Part shown: positions 62,075 to 64,000 of the stretch, in pieces
Numbering within the stretch: the first letter of the stretch is position 1
Layout of the letters: each line of letters starts with the position of its first letter
Source: Candidatus Bathyarchaeota archaeon
GTDB taxonomy: Archaea; Thermoproteota; Bathyarchaeia; Bathyarchaeales; Bathycorpusculaceae
NCBI GenBank assembly: GCA_963828195.1
Contig: CAWHDT010000003.1
Location: 224,001-288,000 of the forward strand
Reading direction: 5' to 3'
Length of the DNA: 64,000 nucleotides
The notes under the pieces: generated by a model
The model's database searches: none
Told to the model about the DNA's origin: nothing
Seen by the model: only the letters and a program-made list of their open reading frames with translations
Made by a program: the position numbers and the translations under genes

Positions 62075-63967
62075 TTATGTTGAATCTGTAAACAGCTTAA
62101 CCTTTTCAGCGGGGATAGTGAATTCAAATTGTGCCCCTTGACCTGGTTGACCATTTTCTTTAACTGTCCAACCGTAAACTTCACAGATCTTGTTTATCAA
62201 GTACAATCCGAATCCCGTGCCTTTTCCAAACCCTCTTTCAAATAGATGCTGCTTAGAATTCTCATCTATGCCAACGCCATCATCTTTGAAAAACAATTTA
62301 AATGATTTTTCGTTTAATTTTTGTGCATATATGCGGATTGTGCTTATTTTTTCGCCGTATTTTAAAGAGTTGTCAATAAGATTGTAGAAAACCTGTGTAA
62401 GCAAAGAGTCCGCGATCACTTCGAACCCGACGCAGCGGTTCTCAACTTTTACGCCTTTAAGATCCGAAAAAAGATAAACCGCATTTTGCACCATGCAACT
62501 GATGTCAACGGGAACTAATTCTTCAACGCCGATCATTTCATAGTTTTTTGCAAAATCAAAAATATCACAAATGTTTTTGATGGAATCATCAATGTTGCCG
62601 AGGTACTTCTTTAAGTTGGGCTCAATTTCACATTTTTTCCTCGCCAAATACAAATTGCCCTGAATTAAACCAAGTTTGTTTCTAACATCATGCCTTGTAA
62701 AACCGCCTAAAACCACGATTTTTTCGTTTAGCAATTCTGCCTTTGAAAGAGCATTAGCTAACACGTTCTGAACTATGGTCAAGTTAGAAATATTTAGGTA
62801 AGCCACAAAAAACCCGATTATTTTGCCTTCAACTATTAGGGGTCCACCGGATAAACTGACGTCAATGACGGTGCCGTCACGTTTTTTTCGTTTTGAATTA
62901 AAGGTTACCTGACCTTTCTTAATTAGCCCCTCTATGGTCTGTGACTCTTTTTTAAGCTCCTCAGGAACAATAACATCCATGATTTTCTGGCCCTTGATAT
63001 CTTCAAGGGTGAATCCGAAAAGCTCAGTAAAGCTACTGTTGGCGTCCGTTACGCGAAAAGTCTTATCAGTGAAAACAATCGCTTCTGGATTATACGCAAA
63101 AAGCGCTTTCAGCGTCTGCTGGCTTTCCTCTAACAGTTTTTCTTGCCTTTTACGTTCACTGACATCCCGAACAATGCTTACTCCAAACCATTGTCCATTC
63201 TCAATAAAAGCGGAGAAGGAAAGCTCGACGGTGGTGGCTGTTTTGCCAGATGTGTTTTTGAGGGCAAGTTCAACTGTTTTTCCAGTCATTAACAAGTTGC
63301 CATCTGCTAATTGTTTAAAGCCGTCTTGCATGTTTTTTTCATAGGTTGACGCGAATTGCCTGTTAAAATGCTTGTTTAATGCCTGAGCAATTTGATCCTT
63401 GGCATAATCTAACATTTCTTTTACTGCTTTGTTAGTATATACAATTTCTCCATTATCGTTAAGAACTAAGATTGCATCGATGCAAGAATCAAAAATTGCC
63501 TTAAACCTTTTTTCTCGCGCCTTAAGCATCGCTTGGGCTCTATTGTAACGTGATGCCTGAAGAATACATGATGCCAATTCAGCGTAGGTCGCATCTAGGG
63601 CGCCACGCTTATCCACGTACCTAAAAGCGCCAGAATTTAACGCTTTTACTGCAACCTCATCGCGTCCCTTGCCGGAAAATAAAATGAAGGGCGTCGCATT
63701 TCCAGTAGATTTTAGCTCATCCAAAAATTCTAAACCGTCTTTCCCACTCATCTGATAATCTGAAACTATTACATCAAATTTCTTTGTTTTCAGCATTTCA
63801 AATGCTTCTTTAACCGACTGGGCCGAATCAACTTCAATCTCCCCCTGCATCTCCAAACATTGTTTTGCCATACACAAGAAAGCGGCGTCGTCATCTACAT
63901 GCATTACACGTATGGGATTGTTGGAGATTACTGTAACTTTTGCTTCTTTTAAAGCGGTTTCAAACAT
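62075..63967 (-). CDS. Hybrid sensor kinase (REC-PAS-PAS-HisKA-HATPase)
   Basis: HVDDD and SDY receiver, two PAS domains, RHDVRN, NLIDNS, DDGVG, GTGFGL. Start may lie further upstream. Confidence 0.93.
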   Translation of the reverse strand: MFETALKEAKVTVISNNPIRVMHVDDDAAFLCMAKQCLEMQGEIEVDSAQSVKEAFEMLKTKKFDVIVSDYQMSGKDGLEFLDELKSTGNATPFILFSGKGRDEVAVKALNSGAFRYVDKRGALDATYAELASCILQASRYNRAQAMLKAREKRFKAIFDSCIDAILVLNDNGEIVYTNKAVKEMLDYAKDQIAQALNKHFNRQFASTYEKNMQDGFKQLADGNLLMTGKTVELALKNTSGKTATTVELSFSAFIENGQWFGVSIVRDVSERKRQEKLLEESQQTLKALFAYNPEAIVFTDKTFRVTDANSSFTELFGFTLEDIKGQKIMDVIVPEELKKESQTIEGLIKKGQVTFNSKRKKRDGTVIDVSLSGGPLIVEGKIIGFFVAYLNISNLTIVQNVLANALSKAELLNEKIVVLGGFTRHDVRNKLGLIQGNLYLARKKCEIEPNLKKYLGNIDDSIKNICDIFDFAKNYEMIGVEELVPVDISCMVQNAVYLFSDLKGVKVENRCVGFEVIADSLLTQVFYNLIDNSLKYGEKISTIRIYAQKLNEKSFKLFFKDDGVGIDENSKQHLFERGFGKGTGFGLYLINKICEVYGWTVKENGQPGQGAQFEFTIPAEKVKLFTDST

Positions 63968-64000
63968 GTTCTCGCCGTTTAGCAGTACTGGGCAATGCAC

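Overview
Archaeal chromosomal segment, most consistent with Bathyarchaeia/TACK. That assignment is an inference from the multi-intron tRNA, nop5-fibrillarin, archaeal-type TpiA, RNase HII and ATP-dependent ligase, and many PEF-CTERM, Kelch and beta-helix surface proteins. Housekeeping genes (pyrB, nop5, flpA, rnhB, tpiA, galT, nadA, nikR with a NiCoT permease, trxA, lig) are interleaved with accessory surface-protein clusters. Main observations: (1) a wHTH-ATP-cone-class III RNR fusion lacking the glycyl-radical and catalytic cysteine motifs, a candidate nucleotide-sensing regulator; (2) a tandem array of four surface-protein cassettes with different heads joined by conserved 14-nt overlapping junctions, whose promoter shares a doubled 22-bp palindrome with another surface gene; (3) a ~120-nt k-turn/k-loop RNA upstream of nop5-fibrillarin; (4) six paired 11-bp direct repeats between convergent genes; (5) a tRNA-Trp with two introns, one carrying a half-degenerate C/D guide, followed by a probable decayed island of surface genes; (6) an orphan PycC-like nucleotide cyclase with altered catalytic residues. 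All calls come from reading the sequence; no database searches were run.
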